Positions 20,850 through 35,736 of a stretch of 64,000 bases of DNA are shown in pieces. A program made the position numbers and the translations under genes. The stretch's first letter is position 1; every line of letters begins with the position of its first letter. Where the stretch lies: contig JBHGNT010000020.1 in assembly GCA_043228905.1 (NCBI GenBank), forward strand, positions 14,446,001 through 14,510,000, given 5' to 3'. Under the pieces are notes generated by a model, which worked only from the letters and a program-made list of their open reading frames with translations, had not been told where the DNA came from and did no database searches. This DNA comes from Azolla caroliniana. Lineage: Eukaryota; Plantae; Polypodiophyta.

Positions 20850-23800
20850 CTTCTAAGGCCAAATTTGGCCCATGAGACAATTGGTTTACAACAAAATGAG
20901 TCTTTATCCAGTCATCATAAGTAAACATAAAAATTAAGCTAAAAGAGTTCTAGTAGTGTACAATACGTGGTATACTCAATAAAGGAAGTGACTTTACACT
21001 AATCCTAATTTTATTTCCACCCAAGCCTCTCTAAAAGAAGTGGGGGGTCAAAGGGTTTTGATGTGGGTGTGACCCATGGTTCCAATGTAGAGAGTACCCT
21101 AGCCATGGCTTATAGGCGGTGTAGCTCACGTTCCCTTATTTTCATTATTGCTTCCACACCACGTCGAGTTGCTTTGAAACCCGACACCCGAGGACGTCTG
21201 GTTCTTCTTTCGTTATCTGCCTCATCAATGGAAAGGCCAAGTGGTGCAAGTTTGTTGAGATTTGTTGGCTCTCCCTGTTCCTGAAAAACTTCATTTGTTA
21301 CATGTTGGTGAACATTAGCAACATTATTGTCAACATTTTGTAACTTATTCTCTCTGTTTTGTTTTAGCTCTAGAATGTATTTGCCTAATTTCTTTATATC
21401 TAGAGTATCTAATAGTTTGGGGAGGGTGGGAGAGGAACCAAGTATGTCTTTGTATTTTGCCCTTATCTTGGCGTAGATTGGGCACTTGCATGTAAAGTGA
21501 TATTCATCCTCTATCTCTATGTGACATAACCTACATATCCTTTCCTCCCTAGGGACTCCATTAGTACGTCCATTCTCAATCTCAAGTTGGTGAGATGATA
21601 TTCTAAGTTGACCAATGACAACCCTTAGTGCATGTGGTAAGAATACATCTAGATATTTTGGTCGCGTGATAAAACCTAACTTAGAGAAGTGCATAAAGTG
21701 TTCCTTATAGTATGACATTTTAGATGGGGTGATCCATTTATACCGAGTATAAATTTGCCATATTTCTTGACGTATTACTTTATTACAGTCCTCATGAGAG
21801 ATTAAAGTGTTATCAGTCGTGTGGTCATACTTAAGGGGGGGAAGGTTATTAATGTCTAGACCATTGGCAAGAAGCCAACTCACCATCATGCCATACCATG
21901 AGCTAGTATAGCCGGACTCATACAGTGCTCGAGAAGCCTTAAAGGCTTGATGGGATATTCTATCAAGTGGTTGGTTATGTATCTTGTGGATAAAGACTAC
22001 AAGTTGAAAAAGTGCTTCTACTAACATAGGGGGTAGAGTGAACTAAGCCCTAATAATGTCATGTGGGACCGACGATTTGCTTCGGAGTTGGCATGATAAC
22101 ATCATCACCAATGGTCTCTCTAATTGCATCCACATGAAAGATGGTAGTCCTGGAGCCCAAACCGTTGATGCATACATGAGAGAGGGAGTCACTAATGAGT
22201 CAAAGAGCCACCCTTTAGTTTGTGGCTCTTGGAAGTATGCTTGGTGGCATTGTCTCTCGAGGAGTGAGAGGGATGCATGTCCTCTTGTAAGTCTATCCTT
22301 CGCTGCTTGTGTCATCGAAAATTTACCTGAGCGGGCACTGAAAGTGACTCTGAGATAGACATATGATCCATCCACCTCAACTGGGCTATGGGAGATAGTT
22401 AGGTGACACTTAGCTCTAACTTGGGCCGACGTGTGGAAGATAAGGACTTTAGTTTTCCCTAGATTTACTACCAATCCTCGTTCTATGCAAAAGTCATCTA
22501 AGGCATTAAGGTGCCTTTGTAGGTCGTGTTCGGATTCAGAGAGCAAAACTATGTCGTCTGCATAGAGCAAGATACGCACCTGCGTATCCCCAAGGACTAC
22601 TCCATTGCCTCCCTTACGAGCAATAAAATCTGTGATCTCATCAATGTAGATCCCAAAAAGAGTCGGAGATAAGGGGCAACCTTGTTTTACACCAATAGTG
22701 CTAGTGAAACTATCGGATATGCCACCTGGGCATCAAACACACTCGGACACTTGTTCATATAGTGCGTAGATGGCCCACACCATGTCATCTGGTATCCTCA
22801 AGCTCTTAAGCCTATCAAACAACCGCTCTCTAGGGACCGTGTCAAAGGCTTTGCGGAAGTCCACAAAACAACAATATAGTTTCTTCTTGCGAGCCTTAGT
22901 TTGGTCAATTAAGCATCTAAGTGTGAAGATATGATCAATAATGGAGAAGGCTCATCTAAAGCCTGCCTGTTCAGGTGCACGACGATTTAAGGTCTCCATA
23001 TAATCGCTAAGCTCTGCCTCCATTACTGCACCATATAATTTAGCAAGGGTATGACCTATCATAATGGTCCTATAAGTATTTGGGTCCATGGGGTCCCCCC
23101 CTTTATGTATGGGGGCCACTGTGTTCATGGTCCATTGTGGTGGAAAACCCTCCGTGGGGGCACGATTGAAGATTAGAGTTAGCAAGGGAGCTAGGCACTC
23201 TCTCGCATATATGATGTGTTTTGCTCGCAATCTTGTGTGGTCCATGGACTTTCTATGTTGTAATTTCTTTGTGACCTTCGTGACCCTAGAGGTTGTGAAG
23301 AGTGTCCCCACAGTAGGTCGGGGTGTAGAAGGCATTGGAATGGGTGGTTGGTTTGGGATTTGGTAAAGTCTCTCTGTATAAGTGTGCCAAGTTTCGGGAT
23401 CTTCGATGGGTGTTTGTGGTCTTGGTTCCCGTAATCTCTTCCATGCAGTGGCACAATCGCTACTCATGAGCATATGGTAGAGTTCCCAATATTGGGATGC
23501 CTCCCATGCTCGTCTATTACGACGTGTCATCTTGCGCATTTCTTTACGAGCTTGTACTGAGGTAATACTACCATTGAGTTGTGATATTGTAAGTTGTCTA
23601 TGTAAGCACCTACAATCCTCATCATACCATCTATTTTGTGGCATAGATCCTACTTTACCTTGATTGGAGTGTTTCATGTATGGGAAACTGCTAACTGCTG
23701 CAGAGTGAAGGATGTGTGTGAGTTTCGTACTAAGGCTCTCTAAAGGTAGGGAGGGATCAAGGGAGGAGAGATGGGCTTGAACATGTCGAGCATATATGTC

Positions 23801-24053
23801 AGAGAGCTCATGTGTGAAATGTATTGTGATGTCATGGCGTGGTTGACTAGAGTTGGTGACGTTAGAGATATCGCATTTTAGCTCGAAGTATAAGAAACTA
23901 TGGTCCGCGCCAATAGGACATGGGGCCACTCGGAAGGAGTTAATCATGTGGGTAGCTTCAGGGCGTCCTATTAGATAATCGATTGTGCTTTCCCCTCCTC
24001 CATGTGGGAAACATGTGAGCTCTTCCGAACCTGGCCACTTGGCTAAACCATTA
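20850..24053 (-). mobile_element. 5'-truncated non-LTR retrotransposon (RTE/RTE-X-like LINE), ORF2 broken by stops and frameshifts
   Basis: End of the APE endonuclease (STIDYLIG...GADH); PIHKGGD...YRTIMI; EQAGFR; VDFRKAFD; GVKQGCPLSP; LLYADDIVL; C-terminal RICRLC..EDEYHFTCKCP. The 3' boundary is approximate. Confidence 0.9.
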
Positions 24054-25210
24054 AGAGAGAGAGAGAGACTTAGTCACTCACCTTCAAAAATTAAAGACTT
24101 TGTATATGTTCACCTCGACATATGCACCATCAACCTCAAGTGGAATTTATTACACAAGGGACACTTGGACAAAGATGCAACACTAGAAGGATGTGCGGGT
24201 TTATTGTTCTTTTAAATTTTGAACCCATTAAATGTGACTTTTATTTTTTTAATAAGTGACGATAAAGTTTTCAGTCATTTTTATTGGATTTATTTTAAAT
24301 TATAGTGTTTTTCTCTTAATCGAAATAGTATTAAAATTTTGGCCAAAAGTTGGTACACCGTAGCTTGCTTTCACCCAACTTGATGTGAAAAAGGTTTGCA
24401 AAGGAGTTCAAAATGAGGGGGAGCAAGCTTGGAGAGGCGATGGCAATGACTGTCGACCATCTTATAAATGTGTGGGAGTGTGCAGGTGGCCTCGACAAGG
24501 CCATAGATATGATACTTGGCATGGTTGGCCGCTTCAACTATCTCCAAAATGATGCCCAAAAAACTCATACAATTCAAGCAGTTGTCAACTACAAAATGAA
24601 TTATGAATTGCCAATTCATGAATTTCTTTCAATATAGCAAAGGATATTCTTTGGAATTGGAAATATTGTAAATTACAAAAGATTCACCTTCTTGGTGTTC
24701 GTCCTCACTCCTAGCCCACCTTCAGACTTTGCCACAACATTGACTTGATCATAGATTGACATATTCACATTTGTGGAACCTCTCCCACGAATGCATACGA
24801 ATGCATGTAAAAGTATTTATTAGAAAAAAGAAAAAAAGAGTTCATAAACTCCCTCCTTTTTAGTCTCCTAAATATAAAAAAGGGGAGTTAACAATAAAAA
24901 TGGGATATTTTTACTTGAAAATAAAAAGGGTACTTGACACTACTAATATTTTTGTAAAAGATGTAATACTTAAAGTATTTGTTTTATTTTTAATAAAAAA
25001 TATAAAAACTAAAAATAAAATAAAGGTTCATTAATTCCACACTTTTTACTCTCCCAAAATTTGTGGATATTTTTATTTGACATTAAAAACAAGCTTAACA
25101 CTCATTATCTCTCTATAATAGAATTATAGATGTAAAAATAATCATTTTCTTAATGACAAGAAATAAAGGTGCGTAAATGAATAGTTTTATAATATTCTGG
25201 GGCCATTTCG

Positions 25211-25640
25211 TGTTCTTGAATATTGCAAATATCATGCATGGAGAATATCAGAAATATCACGTATGTGTGAATATATTGACGTGATCATTGCATTGCATCA
25301 TTATGAGATAATACATTTATAATAGGAATTCATATTAGGAACACAATTTTAGGATATCCTTGTATAAAATTCAATGCATTGTATGTTGAACACTAGAACT
25401 TTCTAGAAACTTCTAACTAGAAATTCCTAGCTTGCATGCATCACTATGCATTCTCTAGAATATTCTTAGCCTGCATGGATACCTTCACCTTCTTGTATAA
25501 ATACTTGGGTGCACCTTGATTCAAATAAAGGTGAACAACACTAGTTACCTAAGCATAGTTATCTTTCTCTTGTCTCTTGTCTCTTTTAGCATTTATTTTC
25601 TTGTCTCTTTTCTACTTGTTTATGATAGAACCACTCAAAA
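25211..25640 (+). repeat. Possible degenerate LTR remnant
   Basis: Starts with TG and contains TTCTAGAA repeats, TGTATAAATA and a CT-rich tract. No partner LTR or PBS was found. Confidence 0.3.
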
Positions 25641-26329
25641 CTCTATAAATACTCCAACTTTATATCTTCTTGCAAATATTAGATAGGAAGAAACAATGTG
25701 TTGATAAAGGACTCTAAATTCAACTCAAAAAATTGCAATGGTAGCATGTAAAAACAAAAGGTTCAACCACATAGGAGAAAGCTCAAAGCCATAGATAGAG
25801 AAAGCTCCAAATACTAAACAAGGAGAAATCCAGTTTAACAATTCTTATTATAAAATCCATACATGCACTTATGATGTAAAAAAGGATTTTCCTTCTAAGT
25901 CAAATTTCAGGAATTAACAACCTCAAAGGCGTGTACAAGCCCATATTGTTGAAGAAGAAATGGATGATGATAAAGGCATAGGAGATGGATACCAAAATCA
26001 AAACAATGACACGTTGTCGTGCCTTCCGACGCTAGATCGTTGTGTGCATCAGGTGGAAACCGCTGAGGTTTTAGACTAGGAGGAAGGGAATTTCAAGGCT
26101 AATAAGAATACAAATAGGTTGTATAAGAAAGAGATGTATAAAACCCCATGAATTTCGCGAGTGTATTATATTAGATTAATCAACCCTTAGAACCCTAATA
26201 GTAGATTGGAATAGATTCGAAAAGATAAATCGAAAAAAATCGTGAATCACACGAGCATATTATGTTAGACCAATATTTAAGACCTAATAAAACCCAAGAA
26301 TTGTTGAATTGTCATTTGCTCGAGAATCA

Positions 26330-28410
26330 TGGTTCTTGTTGTCAACGTACCGCTTCCACTGTGTCTTCTAGTCTTCCTTCTGGTTGTCATATCCGGACCG
26401 TTCCAGGCTCATCTCTTCCTTTCATAGTAGCACCATCCATGTCACAATTGCGCTTTCTATAGGCATTACTGGAGCTTGTCCAGTGATAAATTCTACTGAC
26501 ATATAACCGGTAACAGACTTATGCGTTGAGCGATTCACCCATAGTGCATACAAAAGCATTTGTGGCCAAATCTTCACCCTTCTGTCACATGCTTTTGCAA
26601 GTGCTTTTATAATTCGACTATGTCCTCATTTGATCTTCCTGTTTGCTTGTGGATTGTATGCCGTGGTTAGTGTCCACCATACTCCATGTTTGGAGAAGAA
26701 CTCCCTAGCTTTATCGGAGTCAAGTTCTCCCTGATCCGCAATTACTTGTCCTATACACACGTACCTGCAAAACACGTCTTCTAAAAGAAATTGGCATACT
26801 ACAGAAACACATTTTCCTCTGTAGTGCCCGACCTATTACTTGGTTCGACAGATCCTCCGGAGCTAGCACCAAGTACTTCTTTTGTCTTATCCTACTTGGC
26901 ATGACTATGATGTCGACCATCCATTTAAAGTTGATTGTCGGTGAAAATGTTGGATTTAATTGGTCTTCATGTTGAACTTTGGAGTTTATTTGACATTTCT
27001 TGCAGCTTTCGGTGAACTCTGTTATATCCTTATCCATGTTCTACCACCAGTATTTTTGCTTGATCTTTGCAAATGTTGCCCATGTTTTCTAATGTCTAGC
27101 ACAATCAGATTTGTGAAATTCGGATATTACCTATTTTCATTGTTCCTTTGTGTCGACTACCCATAGTGGTATGCCATCTGGTCTTTTTGGATCCCTCAAG
27201 TTTAATCCCTTGTTCAAGAAGAACTTCTGGACTTGTTGTTTCTTCCTTCGGATGTCGGCTCTCTTTTCCTTATTGTCCGATGATTTCTCAATTTCTTATA
27301 GCACTTTCCCGATCACCAAGCTTTCTCCCTCATATTCAACTTCCTGGAACTCCTGGATTATGTTCACCTGACATATGTGCTCTGAAGTAAAGTAGTCTTT
27401 GGAAACTTATTCATTTTCCAATTCAGCTACGTCGTCACCAAACCATGCCCTTGATAGCATATCTGCTACGCCATTGTCTTTTCCCAAGATGTGTCGTACC
27501 TCCAAATTAAGCAACTTTACATATCCAGTCCATCTTAACATAGCCACATCCGGTACTATGCAATATCTCATCATCCCGAGTATCGGAAGACAATCCATTT
27601 AGATCGTTACTTCGGCTTTGATCAAATAATCCCAATCTGAATTTATTGCTCACATGACTCCTCATAATTCACTTTTAACTTGTGTATATCCAGATTGCCT
27701 TTTGTTGAGAACCTTTGCTGCGAATCGGATCGGATATTGTGAACCATCCAAGTTGGCTTGGTTGATGACCTAACCAATACCAGTTGGACTTGTGTCAACC
27801 GCTACTATAATTGGTTGGTCATAGTTCGACTTCTTAAGCTCTTCTGCCCTCCATAATGCTTTCTTGAGCTTCTTCATGGCTTTGGTTTGTTCTGCTCTCC
27901 ATTCTAACTTCTTCTCCTTCCGCGGCAAGTGATAGAGTGGGTCTACAATGTGTGTATAATGCGGAATCTATATGTGATAGAATGCACATGCCCCAAGAAA
28001 TCTACAAACTTTAGAATGTGACTCACATATTTCTTTTATGGCTTCAATGGCATCAATCTTGGCTGGTGACGATCTTCTGTAGTAGGGCCACATAGATTTC
28101 TGACTACCAGTATCTCTTCTTGTCCAAATGCCGATTTCTATTTAGAGAGTGTTAGATGCAAATCTTCTAATTTTCATGGTACTTTTCACAATCACAAATA
28201 TGGTCAACTATGAACTTTCGGCATCCCCGATCATCCATAGTCTCATCCTTTTCTTCCATCGCACATCCTTTCATCGAAATGTCATCTAAGAACGACATTG
28301 TTATCTCTGGAATGCCTTCCCAGATCACCTTGTTCATTGCATTCCTCATATGTGCACACACGTCCGAACTAATCCTACCAGTATCTGCATTGGAATGATA
28401 TCCCGGCTAT
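26330..28410 (-). mobile_element. Degenerate Ty3/gypsy pol fragment (RT-RH-INT)
   Basis: SFLDDISMKG; VDTSPTGIG; RHILGKDNGVADMLSR; CKKCQ...KWMVDI; TTAYNPQAN. Many stops. Confidence 0.85.
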
Positions 28411-28435
28411 CCATGGTTGTGAAGTACAAGACATT

Positions 28436-30180
28436 GTGAAGAATTTTTCTTGTCAAAGTTATCAACAGACAAGAATACATCAATTAAAGGAGGGATTTAT
28501 AGATAATAAATCACAATCTCACATGTTTTTTCAAGGATTAAGACCACCATATGCTCGTCAAAATGTGGTAGAAATTAAGATAAGGGATGACATTATTGTA
28601 GACCCAATTAATGATATTGAGTTATGTATTATCCATTTTAAGAATTTTATTGGGCCAGAGTTGACTATTAATGAGGATGTTGTGAATACAAATATTTGTC
28701 AAAAATTGGATGCTGATTTTGAAAAAGCTAAGGTAGAAAAGGTATTGTTACACCTTCGAAATGGTAAAAGCCCTGGTTTGGATGGTGTTACAAATGAAGT
28801 TTTTAAGAAGTATGCTAGCATGTTTAAGAGTCCATTCTCACTAATGTTTCCACAATGTTGAGATTTTGGTTTCATGCCTGAGAGCTGGAAGGTGGGATTA
28901 ATCAAATTGATACCAAAGGTACCATCTCTAGAGTCATTTCATCAATCGAGGACTATTTCATTCATGGGAGGGTTGTACAAAATGTTTGCAAAGATATTAC
29001 CTCAAATTATTCCTCCATCTCAATATGGCTTTATTACATGTAGAAATATATTGCATAATGTTTTGAATGTTCAAATGGCTATTGGTCACACTCAACATAC
29101 ACATCAAGAAATGGTTATGGTGCAATGAAAAATGGAAAAAGCATATGATCATGTTAATTGGTCTTTTCTCTTAGGTGTGATGTATAATACGGGGTTGGGT
29201 CCTCATATGTGTCAGCTTGTCTTTTTGCTAGGGCAAAATGCAATTTCGCGTGTGATGCTTACTGGCTGAGTTAATTTGCTTTGGCTTCAAGGTTGTATAT
29301 AAATTGGAGGAAGGCTTGCCTTATTTCTTGTATAGAGAGTGATTTGGAATGTTTGGGATGACAAGGGTCAGTGATTACACAGGGATCAATTTCAAAGGTT
29401 GTCGGATTTTAAAGATGCCATGCGATGGTTATGTATTCCCTCAAATTATGGATTTATTTGGGAGAAATTACAAGATATACCATTTTTGCAAGGATCTTTG
29501 CCATTTAAAACAAATTTTGCTCTTGGCGTAGATTGGTGGTTACAAGATGTTACACACTTGTTACAGGTCACTACAAATATATTGTATCATCATGCAATGG
29601 CATCATTAACTTAGCTACCTCCTAAAGCAGCGAAGTTGTGGAATGTATGTAAGTCAGATGCAACATGGTAGAAAATATTACAATGTGCTTGGCATTCCCA
29701 TCTACCATTTTGTGCAATGGTATTCATTTGGAGACTCATGATTAGTGAATTCCCATTAGGTTCAGCCTTAAAGAGACGAGGACTAGGGTCGGGCACTTGT
29801 TTCTTTTGCACCGTTCCATTGGAGGATAGTACATATAGGTTCATTAAATGTCCTATAGCGTGTACTATCTGGAAGTACTTATCGGACATTTGGCAAGTTT
29901 TAACCTGTTGTTGTTTGAGACCTCAACAATGGGTTTTTTCTAAATATGTTCAAAATGGTTCACTTGATGAGATGGATATATTGTTCCAATTTTAATGTTA
30001 TTGGGGTCTACAATACAATTGGAATATGCGTAATGCTTTCATGTTTGATAATAGAAATCGGTTGAAAGCCTATATAAAGAAGCTAAACACTATTCTCATG
30101 TGGAATTTTTGGATGTTAGAGCATGTGGGGATCATTTCCTCAAATGCATATTTAGATTTATTAATAACATTACAAGATGT
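28436..30180 (+). mobile_element. Degenerate L1-type LINE fragment
   Basis: GKSPGLDG; GLIKLIPK; QYGFI; MEKAYDHVNWSFL; CFFC..LEDS.YRFIKCP. Internally deleted. Confidence 0.85.
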
Positions 30181-30275
30181 CCCTCTCCCTACATAGGCAT
30201 TTGTAGGTAGAGGAGACTAAGAGGTGTTTGTAACTAAGTGGATTTTACATACAATTAATATAATTGTGTACTTTT

Positions 30276-30278
<3 letters not shown>

Positions 30279-30316
<38 letters not shown>
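30279..30316. repeat. (GA)n microsatellite
   Basis: Pure AG run. Confidence 0.95.
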
Positions 30317-30317
<1 letters not shown>

Positions 30318-30319
<2 letters not shown>

Positions 30320-33300
30320 AAACATCTACCACTATTCATTCATGGCCAATGAGTGGGCTTATATAGGTACATTATGTGAGGATCACAATCCAAGAACATT
30401 CAATTAGGCATGTAGGTTAGTTACATAAGCTTCGAAGAACCTATACTCACTTTACAACACTTTTCTATATTTGCATACATTCACATAAATGTGCATAACT
30501 TTACACATAATATGCTCATACTTATTTTTGTGAACACTGGCACACACTTACAACTATACTTTTTGTACAAAACTTTACACTTATCTATCCACGTACCATC
30601 ACTTATACACTCATATACTTATAATCCCACGGATAACATCAACTGAAACGATCAAGCAAGAGGAAAATATGGAAGAGTCACCAAGGCAAGAGCTCAAAAC
30701 CAGGGAAGAGATACAAGAGGAAGTTTTTGTTTAACTGTTTCGGTTCAAATGGTTTTATGGTTCAATTCAATTCGATTGAAGTTTCAAAATTTTTAACAAA
30801 TTGGTTTTAAACTGGTTTGGTTCTGACATACTCAAACCAAACTACTACCAATTGTTAGATGTGGTGTTGAATTTTATTTAGTTGATGGGTTCTTTTGCGA
30901 CCATCTAGAAAGTTCTATGATAATAGTTTTGAAATGTTTGGATCATCAATGGGAGTTTCCGAGAGAAGTTACAAGAAGACGAAGGTTTTTGAAAGGTGGG
31001 AATGAAAAGGACGAAACACAACCTAGGGGTCCATATCATATACATGCTTAAACTAACTATCTATATATAAATACACTTACAAAACGATGGCATTATGTGT
31101 AGATCAACGATACAACTAGAGATCCTATAATATGTTAGATTCTCTATAATAGAGGTCTTTGCTTATGATGGATCTAAGTGAATCATTAACCCATAAGTCG
31201 ATGTAGTTAAGGAACATTAGAAATTGAGATATTTTGAAAAGAAACCCTTGATAAGGTTGCAGTGGGATTCGAGGGAATTTTGGTGGAAAGATCTATATGA
31301 CTGTTCGGAAAAAAGGTGTGTTTTTTTTCAGTACTCAGTTAAGATTGGACGACACATTTTGGTAGCTCAATGCAGGACTACACCATGGGCTAAACAATTT
31401 TGGACCCATCAAGGGGTCACATCCAAAATTTTAGCAAAGTTTTGGAGGACATTATGGGCAACGAAACAAGATACAATTATTAGAATTCAAAGAGGAAGGA
31501 TAAGGGTAGTGCAACAAAGTCATATGGAAATTCCTTATATGTTAAAGGCAATGCAAGAGGTATGGGAGGTACTATGCACCTCCACAATGTGGTTTATTTG
31601 GTTTGCTAGCTATTCTAAGGTGTTTGATAATACTTCTATTCATCCCATGGAAAGTGTACGAAATGTCTGCATGCATATGGTGCATACCTAGAAAGGGCAG
31701 TACGATGAAATTAAAGGTGAGATAGATGTTGCAGTGTTGCAACGCCTCGAATTTATCGCCTAGTGGAAGAAGGGCCATTTTCTCACACTAAAAAATGCAA
31801 GACCCATGTGGTGCTTAGTACCACCAGTATGGTTGTTCCCACCACTAATTATATAACTTGGTTATGGAGTGGTGGAGTGTTGATACTATCTATCCTTTAG
31901 GGATGGGGACCCATGGAAGAGTACAATATATCAAGGGAGGCTTGAGAGTAGGTCAATCACCACCAGTTATATAACAAGGTTATGGAGTGTTGGGGTGTTG
32001 ATATTATCTATCTTTTAGGGATGGGGACCCATGGAAGAGTGCAATATATCAAGGGAAGCTTGAGAGTACGTCAACATTCTTGTAACAACTATTTATAATT
32101 AACTAATAAAGGATATTTTCAATGGAAAAAAATACACATAGAAACACTTCCAAAGATACTTAGAGACATATTTCATATATTTATATGTATTCATACACAT
32201 ACAAGTCTATACATCCTCTTTATACATATAGAAATGCATAGTCATTACAAGCAATGCGCCTATATGTATACTTACTCTTACCTACCTATACATGCCCCTT
32301 CTTATACACATATGCACACATACATTTACACATACATATCGTTACAAATATACTTACATATACATGTGTAGGCACATATATATAGATGAATATACCATTG
32401 GAAATTCTCAAACATACATATACACATACACACACACACAAACAAACAAACAAACACACACATAGATGAACATATCACCACAAATTCTCGAACATATATA
32501 TCGTCACCCCAAAGCTTACCCTACCTCTAACCCTCTCCCTCTCCCTCTCTCTCCTTTCGTCATGTTTCTGCCCTTGCATATTCGAACATGTACATCCTCG
32601 CCCCGTTGTGGTTTCCCATCCCTTTGTTCGTCCCTCTTAATGCAGTGATTATTAGCTTATTTTTTTGTTGATTCATTTGTACATGGTTGTCTCTTCGTAG
32701 CCATCCACTTTGGCTTGTACAATATGAGATATTATATAATATTTTATATACATTGAATTAATTAATGGAAGCAGTAAATTTTTGGGAAAAAGAAGAAGGA
32801 AATAGGGGTGCTAAAATTGCAGAAATAGTCGTCTACTTTTTAGTTATTCTTTTTGTAGTTCTATGTTCCACTTGACTGGGAAAACCCTTACATGAGGTAG
32901 AAAGTTGAACAACAGAAAGAAGAGGAAAAAAAATGTTTCTTTGTTTTCTAACTTTTGTATCAGAAAGACTACATATATGTATGGATTCGGAAATTGTAAG
33001 CTAGCTGGATTCCGAACTTTTTAAAAATCTACCCAAAATCACTTCACATTCTCTTCCACATTACGAAGAAAACCTACCTCCCTCAGTAGATGGCACAATT
33101 ACACTAGGCTGAGGACTTTATACACACAAAGAAAACACCATGAAGAACAAGCATAAGAAAAAATACTCTTGTATTATATACAAATCCAAATATTACAAAG
33201 TGTCCCAAGAATTGGGACAAAACCAAAATGTGAGTTGGGACGAGTGGAGACAACTCCACAATGATCCGGGGGGAGAGGGCACCAAGCATCAACTTCAGAT

Positions 33301-33436
33301 AATGAGACTGAGCAAATTACAGAATGACAAATAACGTTGGGCTAGTTGTTGGGCAATCCATTGGGACTAAAAGGGGAGAGAAACCATGGTGGCAACTCTC
33401 TTGGGACTATATTGGCTATCTCATGAGTCCTAATAA
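30318..33436 (+). repeat. Dispersed duplication copy 1 (partner 54575-57716)
   Basis: Colinear similarity over ~3.1 kb. Near-identical ORFs 33104/57386, 33140/57422 and 31224/56084. Confidence 0.92.
31100..31856 (+). mobile_element. 3' fragment of an L1-like LINE (also at ~55900-56580)
   Basis: W-rich text typical of an ORF2 C-terminus: KFWRTLW...TMWFIWTARCSKVFD...PPVWLFPPP. Confidence 0.55.
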
Positions 33437-35736
33437 GTTTAAATTATTCATGACGCGAACATACATGGTTGAGCCTCGGGGAGCCGCATTAAAAAAATCG
33501 ATATAGAGATCAGGGAAAGACATTCATTTGTCACCCCCATGGTTTTTAAAACACCTTTTGTGTTACCATATGTCTAGAGGGGCATTGACGTGAGACCATG
33601 ATATCGATTAATGTTTGCCCATGATATGTTTACATCACGACATGATGTTATGACTATTTGTTTGACCTTATCCTATTTCTTTGCTAGAAATAATTAATTA
33701 ATGGCTCAGAATAACGACCCGAGGTCATCCGCTCAAGCAGAAAGAACTCAACGAAATCTTCCTGGGCCAATGTCCATTGAGTCGTATTTTTTACAAATAC
33801 AAAATTTCCTTAGTTCAACCACGCATCAAATGTCCGAACTTCAGCAATCTCAAAGTGCTCTCAAGTCACGTGTCATTAGTTTACAACATGAGACTAATAG
33901 ACCCGATGAGCGTCAGGGTGAGCCATCATTTGTTGGAAATCCATTTGCGGGAGAAAAAAAGGAAAGAACCGAAGAAGCAATCTGCACATGGCTGGGCTGA
34001 TGGGAGTCTCATTTTGAGCTCTATCCCACACCAGATAGTACGAAGATTGCATATGTCGGCCGAGAACTAGGGGCAAGGCCGCCACCTGATGGTGTGGGCT
34101 CCATACTTTGGGGAAATTGCCCGATACCTGGACAAATTTTGTCACAGTTTTCAAGGGCCAATTTCTGCAACCTCCCTCTTGAACCGAGGCAAAACAAGCT
34201 TTAATGAACCTCTCTAGTGGGAAGGTTTCCTTGCTAGAAGACTATGTTCACCATGCTAGAACCCAAATCCAAAAATCAAGTCTAGACAGGGACCAATGGT
34301 TAATAGCTTGTTTTGTCAATGGCATCCCCAATTCGGACTATCACTAGATAGTGCACGATAAGGATCCAAAATCCTTTGAAGAGGCCGTTGAAATAGTTCT
34401 TCGCTATCAGCGCACTTCGAAGAAGGACCACAACAAACCCAACAAAGTGCCTGGGACTAAGCAATCACAATTCGTTGGGAAACACAAGACACCCAACAAA
34501 TTCATGGATCACGATTGTAAGTGACAACATCCTTTTGTTGTATTCTGCAAAAAGAAGAGTCATACAAAAGAGCAATGTCAAAAGCTCCAACGGAAAGAGC
34601 ACGACAACAAAGCTAAAGCTGCAAACCATAAAGGTCAGATTCCTAATGTCCTTCTGGTCTATACACATCATTTAAGTAATTGTCAATGTTCTTTCCCTCA
34701 CTATGTATTGGGTCCCAATGATTTGCTACGTGCAAACGGGTATATGAATGGATCTCCCATACAATTTTTGTTTGATTCGGGAAGCTCACACAACTTTAGG
34801 AATGGTCGTTTGGTTCAGATATGGGGAATCCAACCCACTGTAAGTGATCACACCTATACGGTGCACTTGGCTGATGGAAGAGTACAATACATCAACGAGG
34901 CGATTCATTCATTAGGAATTTCTATTGATACTTATATAGAGGAAGTAGACTTCCATGTAATGAATCTTTGTACCATTGATGTAATACTAGGTTATCCTTG
35001 GTTCTATTATAAAAAACTCTTCTTTATCTATTGATTGGGCTCATCATTCAATAACTTTTGTACTGAATGATTGTACTCATTTTATTCAATGTGTAAAAAA
35101 ACAATGCCTCTCGATTGTTTCTTCTCAATCAATATCCGAGTTGTCTTGTTCTACTCTATTTTATTGTGTACTTGATCTAGACATTCACGTTTACAATATC
35201 GATAATGTCTCAGTTCAATTAACATAATTTGAACAACAACAACTTGATGAAATCTTGAATGATTTTCGTGATGTTTTTCCGAGTGAACTTCCTGATGGGT
35301 TACCTCCTAAACGTAATATAGACCATCATATAGATAGTACCTGGTGTTGCATGAATAAGTATACCTCCTTATCGCTTAAGTCGATCCGAAGAGGATGAGG
35401 TATCTATGGGACTCAAGGACTATTTACAAATGGGTTATATACATTGTAGTAAATCTCTATGGGGTGCACCAGTTCTCTTGGTTAAAAAGAAAGAGGGTGG
35501 GCACATGGCATATGTGTATTAATTACCGATGCTTGAATAAAGTGACGATCAAGAATTTGTATCCATTGCCCCGACCTGAAGATCTAATTGACTGTCTCCA
35601 GGGAGCTCGGTATTTTATTAAACTTGATTTCCCTACTAGCTATCATCAAATTTGTATAAGTGAGGACGATGTTCCCAAAACGGCATTTCATACGCGCTAT
35701 GGCCATTATGAGTTTTTGGTTATGCCTTTTGGTTTG
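33437..35736 (+). mobile_element. Truncated, decayed copy of the gypsy element 1 family (leader, gag, PR, part of RT)
   Basis: Colinear with ~1785-4110. Stops and frameshifts. Cut at ...ATGCCTTTTGGTTTG by a copia LTR. Confidence 0.95.

Larger units (their letters stand above)
6949..20850. mobile_element. Putative large DNA transposon (Sola-like/DUF7869 transposase) with ParB-methyltransferase and RING-finger cargo genes; termini not determined
   Basis: Divergent transposase and MTase genes, a decayed third gene, and flanking tandem-repeat blocks. No TIR or TSD could be identified, so the boundaries are approximate. Confidence 0.55.

Noticed and set aside
18240-20900. Terminal inverted repeat for the transposase-MTase element
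   Set aside because: No convincing inverted match to 6949-10600 was found by eye. The left end is probably outside the window.
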